Shown: positions 9,351-19,827, counted from the stretch's first letter. The stretch: 64,000 bases of DNA from Burkholderiales bacterium (GCA_020854105.1 JADZGB010000002.1:1695-65694); one strand, 5' to 3'. Notes: generated by a model from the letters alone, not told the origin. Numbers and translations: made by a program.

Positions 9351-10303
9351 GCCGCCTCCCTCCTGTCGGCGCGCGTGCTCTGGGTCACGTAGCGCAGGAA
9401 CACGTTCTCCAGGGTGGGTTGCTGCCGCTCCAGCCGGTGCAGCGACCAGCGTGTGGCGATCACACGCGCGATGCGCGCCTCGACGCCCGATCCTGCTTCC
9501 ACCTGGCACTCGGCGCGCACCAGGTCACCGGGCAGCGCTGTCACGCTCACGCCGGTCACTCCCTGCACCGCGAGCAGTTCCTGGCGCAGCGGCTCGGCCT
9601 CGGCACCTGCCTCGAGGATGACGCTGTTGGTACGTTCAGAGGCCTGCTGCAGGCCGACGGGCGAATCGATCGCGAGCAGCCGCCCGCCGTTGATGATGGC
9701 CACGCGTTTGCAGATCAGGGTGACCTCCGGGAGGATGTGTGTGCTCAGCAGCACCGCGCCGTGTTCGCCGAACGCGCGAATCACTTCGCGCGTCTCCTGG
9801 ATCTGGCCCGGATCCAGGCCGGCCGTCGGTTCGTCCAGAAGCAGGACGTCGGGATTGCCCAGGAGGGCCTGCGCCAGGCCGACGCGCTGGCGATAGCCCT
9901 TCGACAGCTTGTAGATCTCGCGCGTGACCACTGCCTCCAGCCGGCACGCGTAGACCACGCGATCCAGTTCGGCGCGCATGGCCGAGCCCGGCACACCCTT
10001 GACCTTTGCCACGAAGCGCAGATAGGTGGTCACGTCGAGTACGTCGTACAGCGGCGGATTCTCGGGCAGGTAGCCCAGGCGCCTGGCTGCCTGCTCGTTC
10101 TGTGTAGCCATGTCGAAGCCGGCTACCGTGACGCGCCCCGATGTCGGCGTCGTCGCACCGGCGATCACGCGCATGGTCGTGGTCTTGCCGGCACCGTTGG
10201 GCCCGAGGAATCCCACGATCTCACCCTTGGCGACGGTGAAGGAGATGTCGTGGATGATGGTCTTCGAGCCGTAGCGCTTGGAGACCGATTCGAGCTGGAT
10301 CAT
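9347..10303 (-). CDS. ABC transporter ATP-binding protein
   Basis: Walker A GPNGAGKTT, signature LSKGYRQR, Walker B LLLDEPT. Confidence 0.93.
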   Translation of the reverse strand: MIQLESVSKRYGSKTIIHDISFTVAKGEIVGFLGPNGAGKTTTMRVIAGATTPTSGRVTVAGFDMATQNEQAARRLGYLPENPPLYDVLDVTTYLRFVAKVKGVPGSAMRAELDRVVYACRLEAVVTREIYKLSKGYRQRVGLAQALLGNPDVLLLDEPTAGLDPGQIQETREVIRAFGEHGAVLLSTHILPEVTLICKRVAIINGGRLLAIDSPVGLQQASERTNSVILEAGAEAEPLRQELLAVQGVTGVSVTALPGDLVRAECQVEAGSGVEARIARVIATRWSLHRLERQQPTLENVFLRYVTQSTRADRREAA

Positions 10304-10326
10304 GCGGATGGTGAACCGAGGGGGTG

Positions 10327-10357
10327 AAAAAAGAGCCCCCCGCTAAGGGGGGGGCTC
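10327..10357 (-). terminator. Rho-independent terminator after the MBL hydrolase gene
   Basis: On the minus strand: gagccccccc-ttagc-ggggggctc followed by tttttt. Confidence 0.75.
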
Positions 10358-10381
10358 CGGGTGAAGCGCGGTGCGTGCTGC

Positions 10382-11257
10382 TTACTTGTGCCAGCGGGCG
10401 CCCATCTTGGCGTATTGATCCTGATCATGCGGCATCAGGATCTCGGCACCTTCCAGGTCACGCATGAACTTCAGGCGGTTGAGGGACTTGAAGTAGTCCA
10501 GCACGCTGTAGTTCAGGCCGGCAGGAGCGCCGTCCAGGTTCTCCTGCATCCAGATGGCGTCCTGCGCGATGATGATGGTACGGCCGCTCGCCATCTTCAA
10601 CTTCAGCGACTGATGGCCCAGGGTATGGCCGGGCGTCGTGAGGACCATGATGCTGCCATCGCCGAACAGGTCGTAGTCGCCGTCCAGTTCCAGGTAGTTG
10701 AAGTCGCGCGCGTTGTCCAGATCGGCCACGACGAACGACCCGTTGGGGGCACGCCCCTGGAACTTCTCCGGCCACCAGCCTTGATACAGCTCCTTCTTCT
10801 GAAGCACGTGGATCGCGTTGGGGAACATCTCGATGTTGCCGCCGTGATCCAGATGGGTGTGGGACGTGACTACGACCTTGACCTTGTCGGTGGAATACCC
10901 GAGCTTCTGCAGTTGGCGGTCGATGACGTCGTCACGCGTCTGGCTGGGCTTCAGGAAGTCGCAGTTGCCCGCTGCCCAATACTTCTTGCAGTTGTCGGCG
11001 CCGTCGGAGATCGCGACGTTGTTGCCGGTGTCGAATACCACCAGGCCCTTGGGATGGTCGATCACCCACATGCTGACCGGAATGGTCACGTCGCGCATCT
11101 TCTCTTTCGGAAGAGACGGAATCAGGCCGGTGATGGGGAAGGGACCGAACTTGCCGCTGGTCGTCCAGTACACCTGCTTCACCTGCGCCGATGCCATCGA
11201 AGAGCCGGCGAGCATCGCCATACCGAGCAACGCTGCCGCAATACCCGATTTCTTCAT
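10382..11257 (-). CDS. Secreted MBL-fold metallo-hydrolase (N-acyl-homoserine-lactonase-like)
   Basis: HTHLDHGG zinc motif and signal peptide MKKSGIAAALLGMAMLAGSSMASA. The ATG at 11257 is preceded by AGGAGAGGA. The longer ORF start at 11359 is rejected. Confidence 0.85.
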   Translation of the reverse strand: MKKSGIAAALLGMAMLAGSSMASAQVKQVYWTTSGKFGPFPITGLIPSLPKEKMRDVTIPVSMWVIDHPKGLVVFDTGNNVAISDGADNCKKYWAAGNCDFLKPSQTRDDVIDRQLQKLGYSTDKVKVVVTSHTHLDHGGNIEMFPNAIHVLQKKELYQGWWPEKFQGRAPNGSFVVADLDNARDFNYLELDGDYDLFGDGSIMVLTTPGHTLGHQSLKLKMASGRTIIIAQDAIWMQENLDGAPAGLNYSVLDYFKSLNRLKFMRDLEGAEILMPHDQDQYAKMGARWHK

Positions 11258-11536
11258 ATTTGCTTCCTCTCCTGAACGATGGTGGTGTTCGAGCCGGGGA
11301 GGAGCGGATGCCCCCCGAAAACTGCGACGTGTCCAGCAGAGTCCTCCCCCGCGGACCAACGGCGGCCATTCCGGCTCTTGTACGACAACCGCCCAAAATC
11401 GTGCGGCTGGAGTTGAAGAATAGGAGATTAGCGGATGCCTTGTAAAGGGAAATCAGTTGCGTAAGCCCCTGATGCGGGCAGGTTTCCGGTGCGCTCTGTA
11501 TTGCTGCATCGCACGAGGCACTGGATCGTCCGATCC

Positions 11537-11566
11537 TTGAGCAGCGACCGCGAAGCATGGTATAAA
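11537..11566 (+). promoter_or_regulatory. Candidate sigma70 promoter of rpmB-rpmG (TTGAGC-18bp-TATAAA)
   Basis: Hexamers read directly from the sequence, about 30 nt upstream of the rpmB ATG. Confidence 0.35.
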
Positions 11567-11595
11567 GCCGGTTTTTCGCGATTGGAGTCAGGGCA

Positions 11596-11832
11596 ATGGC
11601 ACGCGTGTGCGAGGTCACCGGCAAGAAGCCGCTCAAGGGAAACCACGTTTCCCACGCCAACAACAAGACCCGTCGCCGCTTCCTGCCCAATCTGCAGAGC
11701 CGGCGCTTCTGGGTGGAAAGCGAGAACCGCTGGGTGCGCCTGCGCGTGTCCCAGGCAGCGCTGCGCACGATCGACAAGCGCGGCATTGACGTTGTCCTGG
11801 CCGAGATGCGGGCGGCCGGCTCCAAGGTCTGA
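11596..11832 (+). CDS. rpmB: 50S ribosomal protein L28
   Basis: [34 protein letters not shown]... Confidence 0.98.
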   Translation: MARVCEVTGKKPLKGNHVSHANNKTRRRFLPNLQSRRFWVESENRWVRLRVSQAALRTIDKRGIDVVLAEMRAAGSKV

Positions 11833-11851
11833 CCCGGGAGGCTGAATCATC

Positions 11852-12007
11852 ATGCGCGAAAAGATCAAGCTGGAATCCTCGGCCGGTACCGGCCACTTCT
11901 ACACCACTACGAAGAACAAGCGTACCAAGCCGGACAAGCTGGAATTGAAGAAATTCGATCCGGTAGCCCGCAAGCACGTGGTCTACAAGGAAACCAAGCT
12001 TAAGTAG
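11852..12007 (+). CDS. rpmG: 50S ribosomal protein L33
   Basis: Not in the ORF track (51 aa). Hand translation: [51 protein letters not shown]. Confidence 0.95.
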   Translation: MREKIKLESSAGTGHFYTTTKNKRTKPDKLELKKFDPVARKHVVYKETKLK

Positions 12008-12072
12008 ACCTCTGGGCTCAAGTAGACCCCCGGGTTCAGTAGACCCCCGGGTTCAAGTAGAACCGGGCCCCG
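12002..12072. repeat. Four tandem 17-18-bp units (AAGTAGACCCCCGGGTTC-like) starting at the last codon plus stop of rpmG
   Basis: Units at 12002-12019, 12020-12037, 12038-12054 and 12055-12072, read directly. Confidence 0.8.
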
Positions 12073-12143
12073 ACCAGGCGCCCGGTTCGAGTGGTTCCTC
12101 CGCCCGGGTGGGAGCCGGCCCAGCCGGCAGGAATCGAGACGAG

Positions 12144-12175
12144 AAAAGGCCCGCATCGGCGGGCCTTTTCCATTT
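12144..12175 (+). terminator. Rho-independent terminator of rpmBG
   Basis: aaaaggcccgc-atcg-gcgggcctttt. Confidence 0.75.
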
Positions 12176-12247
12176 CCGGGTCCCATTTCCGGGGGCGGTG
12201 CCGGTTCCAGCGCGCGCAGCTCCGTCTTGCCGTCGCACGGGACGACA

Positions 12248-12279
12248 GAAAATGAAAAGGCCCGCGCATGCGGGCCTTT
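12248..12279 (-). terminator. Rho-independent terminator of the desaturase gene (near-copy of the rpmG terminator hairpin)
   Basis: On the minus strand: aaaggcccgc-atgc-gcgggccttt followed by ttcattttc. Confidence 0.7.
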
Positions 12280-12303
12280 CCCTTTCCGGACCGGGCGTTG
12301 GGA

Positions 12304-13494
12304 TCAGGCTGGCATCTGGTACCCGCGCAGCGTGCGCGAGAACTCGCGCAGCGAAGCGATGCCCGACTGCTCGGCACGCTTGCACCAATCCTCCAACTGG
12401 CTCAGCAGCTGTTCCTTGGAGTCGTTCGAACGTGCCCACACAGCCGTCAGTTCCTGACGCATCGAATAGATGGTGCGCAGGACCGCGCTCTTGGTGAGCG
12501 CGTCCTCGAGTCCGGCGCGTTCGTCCGCGCGCAGAGTCTCGGGCTCGCGCTGCAGCCAGCGCTTGACGCGGCCGCCATCGACCTTGACGCCCTTGGACTT
12601 GAGCGCGTCCATCTCGTGCTTCCAGGTGTTCATCACCGTGCGCGCATAGCGCGCGGCGACGTCATAGCGGTGCGTCACCACGGCCTGCAGCGTGCGCAGG
12701 TCGCACGCGGCCTTGCCGTCCTCGATCCGCACCTTCGGCGCCAGGCGGCGCACCTCGGCCAGGCCCAGGGTCTCGAGGATGCGGATGTAAAGCCAGCCGA
12801 TATCGAATTCGTACCACTTGTTCGACAGCTTCGCGGACGACCCGTACGCGTGGTGGTTGTTGTGCAGCTCCTCGCCGCCGATCAGGATGCCCCAGGGCAG
12901 TATGTTGGTGCTGGCGTCCTCGGTCTGGAAATTGCGATAGCCCGAGTGGTGGCCCAGTCCATTGATCACGCCCGCGGCAAACAGTGGGATCCACGCCATC
13001 TGCACCGCCCAGACCGTCAGGCCGATGACACCGAACAGCACCAGGTCGATGACGAGCATGAGCGTGATGCCGAGTGCGCTGTACTTCGAATACAGCTTGC
13101 GTTCGATCCAGTCGTCGGGCGTGCCGTGACTGTACTTGGCAATCATCTCGGTGTCGGCGGTGCTCACTCGATACAGCTCCGCGCCCTCCAGCAGGACCTT
13201 CTTCAGCCCGAAGGCGACCGGGCTGTGCGGGTCATCGGCCGTCTCGCACTTCGCATGATGCTTGCGGTGCACGGCCGCCCACTCGCGCGTGATCATGCCC
13301 GTGGTCAGCCAGAGCCAGAACCGGAAGAAATGGCTGGCGATCGGGTGCAGTTCCAGGGCGCGATGCGCCTGGTGCCGGTGAAGGAAGATGGTCACGCCGG
13401 CAATCGTGACGTGCGTCAGTGCAAGGGTTACCAGCACGTAGCCCCACCAGGGCATCCGTACCAGTCCGTTGGCGGCCGCGAGAATAAAATCCAT
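12304..13494 (-). CDS. Membrane acyl-lipid/acyl-CoA fatty-acid desaturase (DesA-type delta-9)
   Basis: 396 aa; His boxes HRHQAH, HRKHH, HNNHH; N-terminal TM helices. Confidence 0.88.
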   Translation of the reverse strand: MDFILAAANGLVRMPWWGYVLVTLALTHVTIAGVTIFLHRHQAHRALELHPIASHFFRFWLWLTTGMITREWAAVHRKHHAKCETADDPHSPVAFGLKKVLLEGAELYRVSTADTEMIAKYSHGTPDDWIERKLYSKYSALGITLMLVIDLVLFGVIGLTVWAVQMAWIPLFAAGVINGLGHHSGYRNFQTEDASTNILPWGILIGGEELHNNHHAYGSSAKLSNKWYEFDIGWLYIRILETLGLAEVRRLAPKVRIEDGKAACDLRTLQAVVTHRYDVAARYARTVMNTWKHEMDALKSKGVKVDGGRVKRWLQREPETLRADERAGLEDALTKSAVLRTIYSMRQELTAVWARSNDSKEQLLSQLEDWCKRAEQSGIASLREFSRTLRGYQMPA

Positions 13495-13615
13495 ATCCTC
13501 TCAATCGGTTATTTGCAGAAAGCTGCGGGCGTCATTCTACAGCAACAGCAAAGCCTGCCGGCTTGATATGCGTCATCCCCCTATATCGGCGTGCCGGAGG
13601 AAGTTTCAATCCGAA

Positions 13616-14926
13616 TCAGGCTGCCGGCCGGATTGCCGGCGGGGTCTCCCCGACGATGCGCACCTCGCGCTGCGGGAAGGGAATCTCGATCGCATGGGCC
13701 TGGAAGGCTTTCCAGATGGCCAGGTAGAGTTCCGACTGCAGGTTGCCGCGCCCGGCCTCGGGATCCCTGATCCAGCCGTACAACTCGAGATCCACCCCGC
13801 TCTCCCCGAAACGCTTGAGCAGCGCGGTCGGCGGCGGCGACTGCATGATGCGGGAATGCGCACACGCCGCATCGCGCATGAGCAGCAGCGCACGCTCCAC
13901 GTCGCTCTGATAGCTCACGCTGATCGGCAGGTCCACGCGCACGATATTGTCCGAGTAGGAATGGTTGACCACGGTCGAGCTGACCACGATCTCGTTCGGG
14001 ATGATCGACTCGGTGCCGTCCGGGCCCCTGAGCACGATGTAGCGCGCGTTCAGGCGCGTGACCTCGCCGTAGCGCTGATCGATGGTCACCAGCGCGCCGG
14101 GGACGATGGAGCGGTCGAGCAGGATGATGAAGCCGCTGATGTAGTTCGCCGCGATCTTCTGCAACCCCAGTCCGATTCCCACCCCGAGCGCGCCGCCGAA
14201 GACCGAGAGCACGGTCAGATCGATGCCGACCATGGGCAGCGCCACCAGCACTGCCACGATCACCAGCACTGTCTTGGTCAGCTTGGCGAACACCACGCTC
14301 AGGCTGGCATCGATTCCCTGGGCCCGCTGCAACCGCCTCTCCATTAGGCGGCCCAGCCAGAGCGCGGCCACCACCGTGATGCCGACCGAGACGCAGCCGC
14401 CGAGGATCTCGAGCAGCGAAATGCGGCGTGCGCCCAGCGGCAGGGTCGCCCCGTCCAGGAGCGCGCGCAGCGGATGGAGCAGGCCGGTGATGTGCAGCGC
14501 CAGGCCGATCCACACGGTCCAGGCGATCGCCCGCTCCCAGTAGCGCAGCAGGCCGCTGGGCGAGAAGGCGTGCCGCAGCAGGTAGACCATCCCGTGCACC
14601 AGGCAGAACGACACCAGCAACGGGACCGCGACATCCAGCAGGGGAGTGGACGGCAGGTGGCGATGCAGCAGCGCACGCCCGACCAGCAGGAGCAGCAGGG
14701 CGATGAGCGGCAGGAGCACGCGGCCCAGGCCGCCGACCGTCATGACCACGGCGCCGTCCAGCCGCTTGGTATCGGCGCTGGTCCAGCGGCGCGTGAATTC
14801 GCGCGCGACGATCCAGCCGCCGAGCAGGCACAGCGCGAGAACGCCGATCTGCCAGAGAACCGCGACGTTCTGCAGATCGGCGATCAGGTGCGTCAGTAGG
14901 CTCGGGATCTCGGCGGATTCCTGCAT
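13616..14926 (-). CDS. Mechanosensitive ion channel (MscS family)
   Basis: 436 aa with multiple TM helices, then the MscS core (ISGFIILLDRSIVPGALVTIDQRYGEVTRLNARYIVLRGPDGTESIIPNE). Confidence 0.88.
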   Translation of the reverse strand: MQESAEIPSLLTHLIADLQNVAVLWQIGVLALCLLGGWIVAREFTRRWTSADTKRLDGAVVMTVGGLGRVLLPLIALLLLLVGRALLHRHLPSTPLLDVAVPLLVSFCLVHGMVYLLRHAFSPSGLLRYWERAIAWTVWIGLALHITGLLHPLRALLDGATLPLGARRISLLEILGGCVSVGITVVAALWLGRLMERRLQRAQGIDASLSVVFAKLTKTVLVIVAVLVALPMVGIDLTVLSVFGGALGVGIGLGLQKIAANYISGFIILLDRSIVPGALVTIDQRYGEVTRLNARYIVLRGPDGTESIIPNEIVVSSTVVNHSYSDNIVRVDLPISVSYQSDVERALLLMRDAACAHSRIMQSPPPTALLKRFGESGVDLELYGWIRDPEAGRGNLQSELYLAIWKAFQAHAIEIPFPQREVRIVGETPPAIRPAA

Positions 14927-14992
14927 GGCATGGCCGTTGGGCGCAGCGATTCTAGCACCGCCCCCGGCCCGGGGCGCCCGTCGCGCCGCGCC

Positions 14993-16255
14993 TCAGCTGG
15001 CCGCCGCGCGCTCCAGCAGGGCCGCGAAGAAGCCGTCCATCCGGTGCCGGTGGGGAAGGACGCGATAGTAGGGCGCACTGTCCAGTTCCAGACCCAGCGG
15101 GCGCAGCGCCGCGCTGGCGTCGCCCGTGCGGAACTGCGGGGCCTGCGCCAGGAACTGATCGACGATCTCCTCGTTCTCCTCCCGCAGCAGGCTGCAGGTC
15201 GCGTACACCAGCACGCCGCCGGGTTTCACCAGCCGGGCCGCCGCTGCCAGGATGGAGCGCTGCTTCGCCTGCAGCTGCGCCACGCTCCCGGGCGTCTGCC
15301 GCCACTTCAGGTCGGGATTGCGCCGCAGCGTGCCCAGGCCGGTGCAGGGCGCGTCCACCAGCACGCGGTCGATCTTGCGCTCCAGGCGTGCGATGCGCCG
15401 GTCGTGCTCGCTGTCGATCAGCTGCGGATGAACGTTGGACAGTCCGGAACGCTTGAGACGGGGCGCCAGATTGGCCAGGCGCTTGTCCGAGGTGTCGAAG
15501 GCGTACAGCCGGCCCTCGGAGCGCATCATGGCGCCCAGGGCAAGGGTCTTGCCGCCAGCCCCGGCGCAGAAGTCGACCACCATCTCGCGCCGCCTGGCGC
15601 CGACGACCAGCGCGAGCAGCTGGCTCGCCTCGTCCTGGACCTCGATGCTGCCGTCGAGAAACAGCGGGTGCTTCTGCAGGGCGGGCTTGTCCGCAAGCCG
15701 GATGCCGAGCGGTGCGAACGGTGTCGGCCGGGCGGCCATGCCCTCCGCCCGCAGACGCTGCAGCACCTCGTCCCGGCCGGCGCGCATGGCGTTGACGCGA
15801 AGATCGAGCGGAGCGGATGCCAGGAGCGCGCGTCCCAGTTCGGTCGCCTCGGCCTCGCCCGACTGCGCACATAGCCGCTCCCAGAGCCAGTCGGGAAGGC
15901 TGAGCTGTACGGCCGGAGGCAGTCCGCGCAGATCCCGTGCGCGCAGCGCCGCCAGCCACTGTCCCTCGTCCTTGCGCAGCACCGGGTCGAGCTGGCGCAC
16001 GCTGCAGCCCTGGGCCAGCACAGCCGCAGCCAGTGCCAGCCTGCGCGGCTGGCGACCCTCGCACACCTGCTCGAGCAGACGCAGGTGGCGCAGGCAGGCG
16101 AACACCAGTTCGGCCACCACGCCGCGGTCGCGCTGCCCCAGTCCCGGCTGCGCGCGGAAGAACGCGCGCAGGCAGGCATCTGCCGGCTGGGTGAGCGCGA
16201 GCACGGCGCGCAGTGCATCGATGGTCGCGTCCAGACGCGCCGGAGTGAGTTCCAT
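14993..16255 (-). CDS. RsmB/NOP2/Sun-family SAM-dependent RNA (m5C) methyltransferase
   Basis: VVDFCAGAGGKT SAM motif; DRVLVDAPCTGLGTLRRNPD and YATCSL catalytic Cys motifs. Confidence 0.88.
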   Translation of the reverse strand: MELTPARLDATIDALRAVLALTQPADACLRAFFRAQPGLGQRDRGVVAELVFACLRHLRLLEQVCEGRQPRRLALAAAVLAQGCSVRQLDPVLRKDEGQWLAALRARDLRGLPPAVQLSLPDWLWERLCAQSGEAEATELGRALLASAPLDLRVNAMRAGRDEVLQRLRAEGMAARPTPFAPLGIRLADKPALQKHPLFLDGSIEVQDEASQLLALVVGARRREMVVDFCAGAGGKTLALGAMMRSEGRLYAFDTSDKRLANLAPRLKRSGLSNVHPQLIDSEHDRRIARLERKIDRVLVDAPCTGLGTLRRNPDLKWRQTPGSVAQLQAKQRSILAAAARLVKPGGVLVYATCSLLREENEEIVDQFLAQAPQFRTGDASAALRPLGLELDSAPYYRVLPHRHRMDGFFAALLERAAAS

Positions 16256-16264
16256 GACAGTGGG

Positions 16265-16957
16265 CTACTTCGAGTAATCGAGCCGGGTGACGATCGAGTC
16301 GAGCACGCGCCCGTCCTTGCCGACGTAGCGGATGCGCACCGGCAGGTTGTGGTGCTCCCGCGCCAGCCACACCTCCAGGCCGCGCTTGTCGCCCGGCTCC
16401 TGCACCTTCTTCACGTGCAGGGTCTCCAGCGTGCCGATCGGGGTCTCCAGGCGTTCCTGGCCCAGGACGGCGTAGCGGTAGTCGCTGATGCGCCGGCCGT
16501 CGGTGAGGTTCACCGGGAAATTGCTCGGTCCCGGCTGCGCGAACGCGAAGTTGTAGCCGAAACTGGTGCTGTCCCAGGTGTGGTCGGGCAGGTCCACGAC
16601 CTTGGTCCTTTCACCGTCGAACAGGGTTGCCTGGCGCTTGCTCCAGTCGAAGTCCACCCGCCGCTTCGGCTTGCCGTTGCGGATCTCCTCGAAGACCTCG
16701 GGGCGCAGCCCGTCCGCCGCGATGCGCCCGCGGCTCTCGCGCTTGACGTCGAGCCGGTAGATCGACGCCAGCCCCACGGTCTTCGATTCGCTGCGCACGC
16801 GGTAGCGTCCGTCCTCGTGCTCGAACACGTCGCGCCCTTCGCCGATGGTCATCGACCCGAACTGCACGGCATAGCTGATCTCGATGTGCGCGGGCGTGGC
16901 GGCGGCGTGCGCGGCCGCGCTCCCGAGCATCACCAGGCACAGCAGCATGACTCTCAT
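16265..16957 (-). CDS. DUF3108-like secreted protein
   Basis: 230 aa with signal peptide [18 protein letters not shown]. The ATG at 16957 overlaps the purN stop (ATGA). The 528-aa ORF extension is rejected. Confidence 0.65.
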   Translation of the reverse strand: MRVMLLCLVMLGSAAAHAAATPAHIEISYAVQFGSMTIGEGRDVFEHEDGRYRVRSESKTVGLASIYRLDVKRESRGRIAADGLRPEVFEEIRNGKPKRRVDFDWSKRQATLFDGERTKVVDLPDHTWDSTSFGYNFAFAQPGPSNFPVNLTDGRRISDYRYAVLGQERLETPIGTLETLHVKKVQEPGDKRGLEVWLAREHHNLPVRIRYVGKDGRVLDSIVTRLDYSK

Positions 16958-17601
16958 GTTCCCTCCGGTGACACGATGGCGGCGGCCAGATCGGCCGCGC
17001 GCGGCGACTCGCCCTCCAGCAGCACCCGCTGACCCTGCACCGAGAGCCGTCCCTCCAGGAACCAGCGCACCGCGAGCGGGAACACGCGATGCTCCTGCCG
17101 CAACACGCGTGCTGCCAGGGCGGCTTCGTCGTCCGCGGGAAGCACCGGCACTGCCGCCTGCACGATGATCGGGCCGTGGTCCAGCTCGGGGGTGACGAAG
17201 TGCACGGTGCAGCCGTGCACGCGCACGCCCTCCTGCAGCGCACGCCGGTGCGTGCGCACACCGGTGAACGCGGGCAGCAGCGACGGATGGATGTTGATGA
17301 TGCGGCCGGCGTAGCGCTCGACGAAGGCGCCGGCGAGGATGCGCATGAAGCCGGCCAGCACCAGCAAATCCGGGCTGAACGCATCGATTGCCCGTGCCAG
17401 CGCCACGTCGAAGGCCTCCCGCGTGGCGAACTCCCGGTGGTCTACCACGCGCGTGTCGATGCCGGCGCCGGCGGCGATTGCCAATCCACCGGCGCGCGGG
17501 TCGTTGCTGATGACTGCCGCGATCGCGCACGGCAGACGTGCCTCGATCAGGGCCTGCATGTTGCTGCCGCGGCCCGAGATCAGGATGACGATGCGCTTCA
17601 T
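16954..17601 (-). CDS. purN: Phosphoribosylglycinamide formyltransferase
   Basis: ILISGRGSN and [13 protein letters not shown] motifs. Confidence 0.95.
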   Translation of the reverse strand: MKRIVILISGRGSNMQALIEARLPCAIAAVISNDPRAGGLAIAAGAGIDTRVVDHREFATREAFDVALARAIDAFSPDLLVLAGFMRILAGAFVERYAGRIINIHPSLLPAFTGVRTHRRALQEGVRVHGCTVHFVTPELDHGPIIVQAAVPVLPADDEAALAARVLRQEHRVFPLAVRWFLEGRLSVQGQRVLLEGESPRAADLAAAIVSPEGT

Positions 17602-18635
17602 GCCAGGAGCGTCTGCGCCTCGCCCGGGCGCCGTGCGCGGATGCTGCCGATGCGCCAGGCCGATTCGCCGGCCGCGGCCAGCGTGCGCAGCGCGGCCGCC
17701 TCCTGCGCCGGATCCACGACCAGCACCATGCCGATGCCGCAGTTGAACACGCGGTGCATCTCGGTCTCGTCCACGCCGCCGGCCTGCTGCAGCCAGTCGA
17801 ACAGCGGCGGCCGCTGCCAGGATGCGCGCACGAGTTCGGCCGCCAGCTCATCGCGCAGGATGCGCGGCAGGTTCTCCAGGAGCCCGCCGCCGGTGATGTG
17901 GGCGATGCCCTTCACCGGGACGGTGCGCAGCAGTTCGAGCACGGGTTTCACGTAGATTCGGGTCGGTGCGAGGATCACCTCGCCCAACGCACGGCCGTGG
18001 AAATCGGAGGACAGATCCGCCCGTGCACGCTGAAGGATGCGGCGGATCAGGGAATAGCCATTGGAATGCGCGCCGCTCGATGCCAGGCCGATGACCGCAT
18101 CCCCTGGAGCGATCGACCTGCCGTCGATGATGGCGTCCTTCTCCACCACGCCCACGGCGAACCCGGCGAGGTCGTATTCGCCCTGCGGATACATGCCGGG
18201 CATCTCCGCGGTCTCGCCGCCGATGAGGGCGCAGCCGGCCAGCTCGCAGCCGCGGGCGATACCGCTCACCACTGCGGTGGCCACCTCCACGTCAAGCTTG
18301 CCGCAGGCGAAGTAGTCGAGGAAGAACAGCGGCTCCGCGCCCTGCACCAGGATGTCGTTCACGCTCATCGCCACCAGGTCGATGCCGACGGTGTCGTGGC
18401 GGCCGGTCTCGAAGGCCAGTCTGAGCTTGGTTCCCACGCCGTCGGTGCCGGACACGAGGACCGGATTTCGGTATCGCCTCGGCACCTCGAACAGGGCGCC
18501 GAAACCGCCGATGCCGGCCAGCACGCCCTCGCGCAGGGTGCGCCGCGCCAGCGGCTTGATGTTTTCGACGAGGGCATCGCCGGCATCGATGTCGACGCCG
18601 GCATCACGATAGGTCAGGCCGTTCGGTTCGGTCAT
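17598..18635 (-). CDS. purM: Phosphoribosylformylglycinamidine cyclo-ligase (AIR synthetase)
   Basis: 345 aa; [17 protein letters not shown]. Overlaps the purN start. Confidence 0.96.
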   Translation of the reverse strand: MTEPNGLTYRDAGVDIDAGDALVENIKPLARRTLREGVLAGIGGFGALFEVPRRYRNPVLVSGTDGVGTKLRLAFETGRHDTVGIDLVAMSVNDILVQGAEPLFFLDYFACGKLDVEVATAVVSGIARGCELAGCALIGGETAEMPGMYPQGEYDLAGFAVGVVEKDAIIDGRSIAPGDAVIGLASSGAHSNGYSLIRRILQRARADLSSDFHGRALGEVILAPTRIYVKPVLELLRTVPVKGIAHITGGGLLENLPRILRDELAAELVRASWQRPPLFDWLQQAGGVDETEMHRVFNCGIGMVLVVDPAQEAAALRTLAAAGESAWRIGSIRARRPGEAQTLLA

Positions 18636-18771
18636 GGAGAGGAAGCAGGAAGCCGGGTGCGAGCGTCCCGGCGGATGGCGGGAGGATCTGCGATAAGATT
18701 GCGCGGCCTGCGGCGGGCGGCCACGGCTGCGCCGTATCGTTTCGCCGCGATTTTACTGCAATCCACTTTCC

Positions 18772-19827
18772 ATGCGTTCCGACCTGCCACGCGTGCTGTG
18801 GACCCTGGCGGCCCTGCTCCTCGCCGGATTTCTCGTCCATCAGCTCGCTTCTGTCCTGTTCGTCTTCGCCGCGGGCGCCATGCTGGCATACGTGTGCGCG
18901 CCCATGGTGGCCGGCATCCAGCGCCGCGGACTGCCGCGCTGGCTGGGCGTGACGCTGGTGCTGGTGCTGGTGGTCCTGGCGGTGGCCGGGCTCCTGCTGA
19001 TTCTCATCCCGCTGGTGGTGTCGCAGATCGGCGCCCTGGTGGACGAGGTGCCGCGGCTGGTGGAATGGTGCCGCTCACGGCTGGTGCCGCTCGCGCGCGG
19101 CGTGCTGGGCGTGGAACTGCCGGTCGATGCCGAGCGCATGCGCGCCATGGCCGCTGCGGCGATGCGCGACGGCGGCGCCCTGGTACAGCGGCTGCTGCCC
19201 TCGATCACCTCCGGCGGCGTGGCGCTGGTGTCGCTGCTGGGCACGCTGTTCCTGCTTCCCATCCTGCTGGTCTATTTCCTCCTCGACTGGGAGCGCATGA
19301 GCAGCGCGGTCATGTCGCTTGTACCGCGCCGGCACATCGGGCCGGTCACGCGCCTGCTGAGGGAGATCGACGGCGTGCTGGGTGCCTTCCTGCGCGGCCA
19401 GTTCCTCGTCATGCTCGGCCTGAGCGTTTTCTACGGCGCCGGGCTGGCGCTGATGGGCCTGGATTCCGCCCTGTCCGTGGGCATCATCACCGGCATGCTC
19501 GCCTTCGTCCCCTATGTCGGTTTCTCGCTCGGACTGCTGCTCGGCAGCTTCGCCGCCGTGCTGCAGTTCCACACCCTGGCCGGCGTGCTGGGCGTGTGGG
19601 CGGTGTTCGTCGTCGGCCAGGTGATCGAGGGCTATGCCCTCACCCCCTGGCTGGTGGGTGACCGCGTCGGCCTGCATCCGCTGTGGGTCCTGTTCGCCGT
19701 CCTCGCCGGCGGGGCGCTGCTCGGCTTTCTGGGCGTATTGCTGGCCGTGCCGGCGGCCGCCGTGGTGGCCGTGCTCGCGCGCCACGTCCGCCGGCGCTAC
19801 CTGGACAGCGCGCTGTACCTCTCCTGA
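18772..19827 (+). CDS. AI-2E family (PerM-like) transporter
   Basis: 351 aa polytopic membrane protein with the typical AI-2E C-terminal block (LTPWLVGDRVGLHPLWVLFAVLAGGALLGFLGVLLAVP). Confidence 0.85.
   Translation: MRSDLPRVLWTLAALLLAGFLVHQLASVLFVFAAGAMLAYVCAPMVAGIQRRGLPRWLGVTLVLVLVVLAVAGLLLILIPLVVSQIGALVDEVPRLVEWCRSRLVPLARGVLGVELPVDAERMRAMAAAAMRDGGALVQRLLPSITSGGVALVSLLGTLFLLPILLVYFLLDWERMSSAVMSLVPRRHIGPVTRLLREIDGVLGAFLRGQFLVMLGLSVFYGAGLALMGLDSALSVGIITGMLAFVPYVGFSLGLLLGSFAAVLQFHTLAGVLGVWAVFVVGQVIEGYALTPWLVGDRVGLHPLWVLFAVLAGGALLGFLGVLLAVPAAAVVAVLARHVRRRYLDSALYLS

Noticed and set aside
16958-17851. N-terminal 298-aa extension of the DUF3108 ORF (528-aa track entry)
   Set aside because: The extension overlaps purN and purM in another frame and is Arg/Ala-rich. 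A signal-peptide start at 16957 with an ATGA overlap to purN explains the gene.
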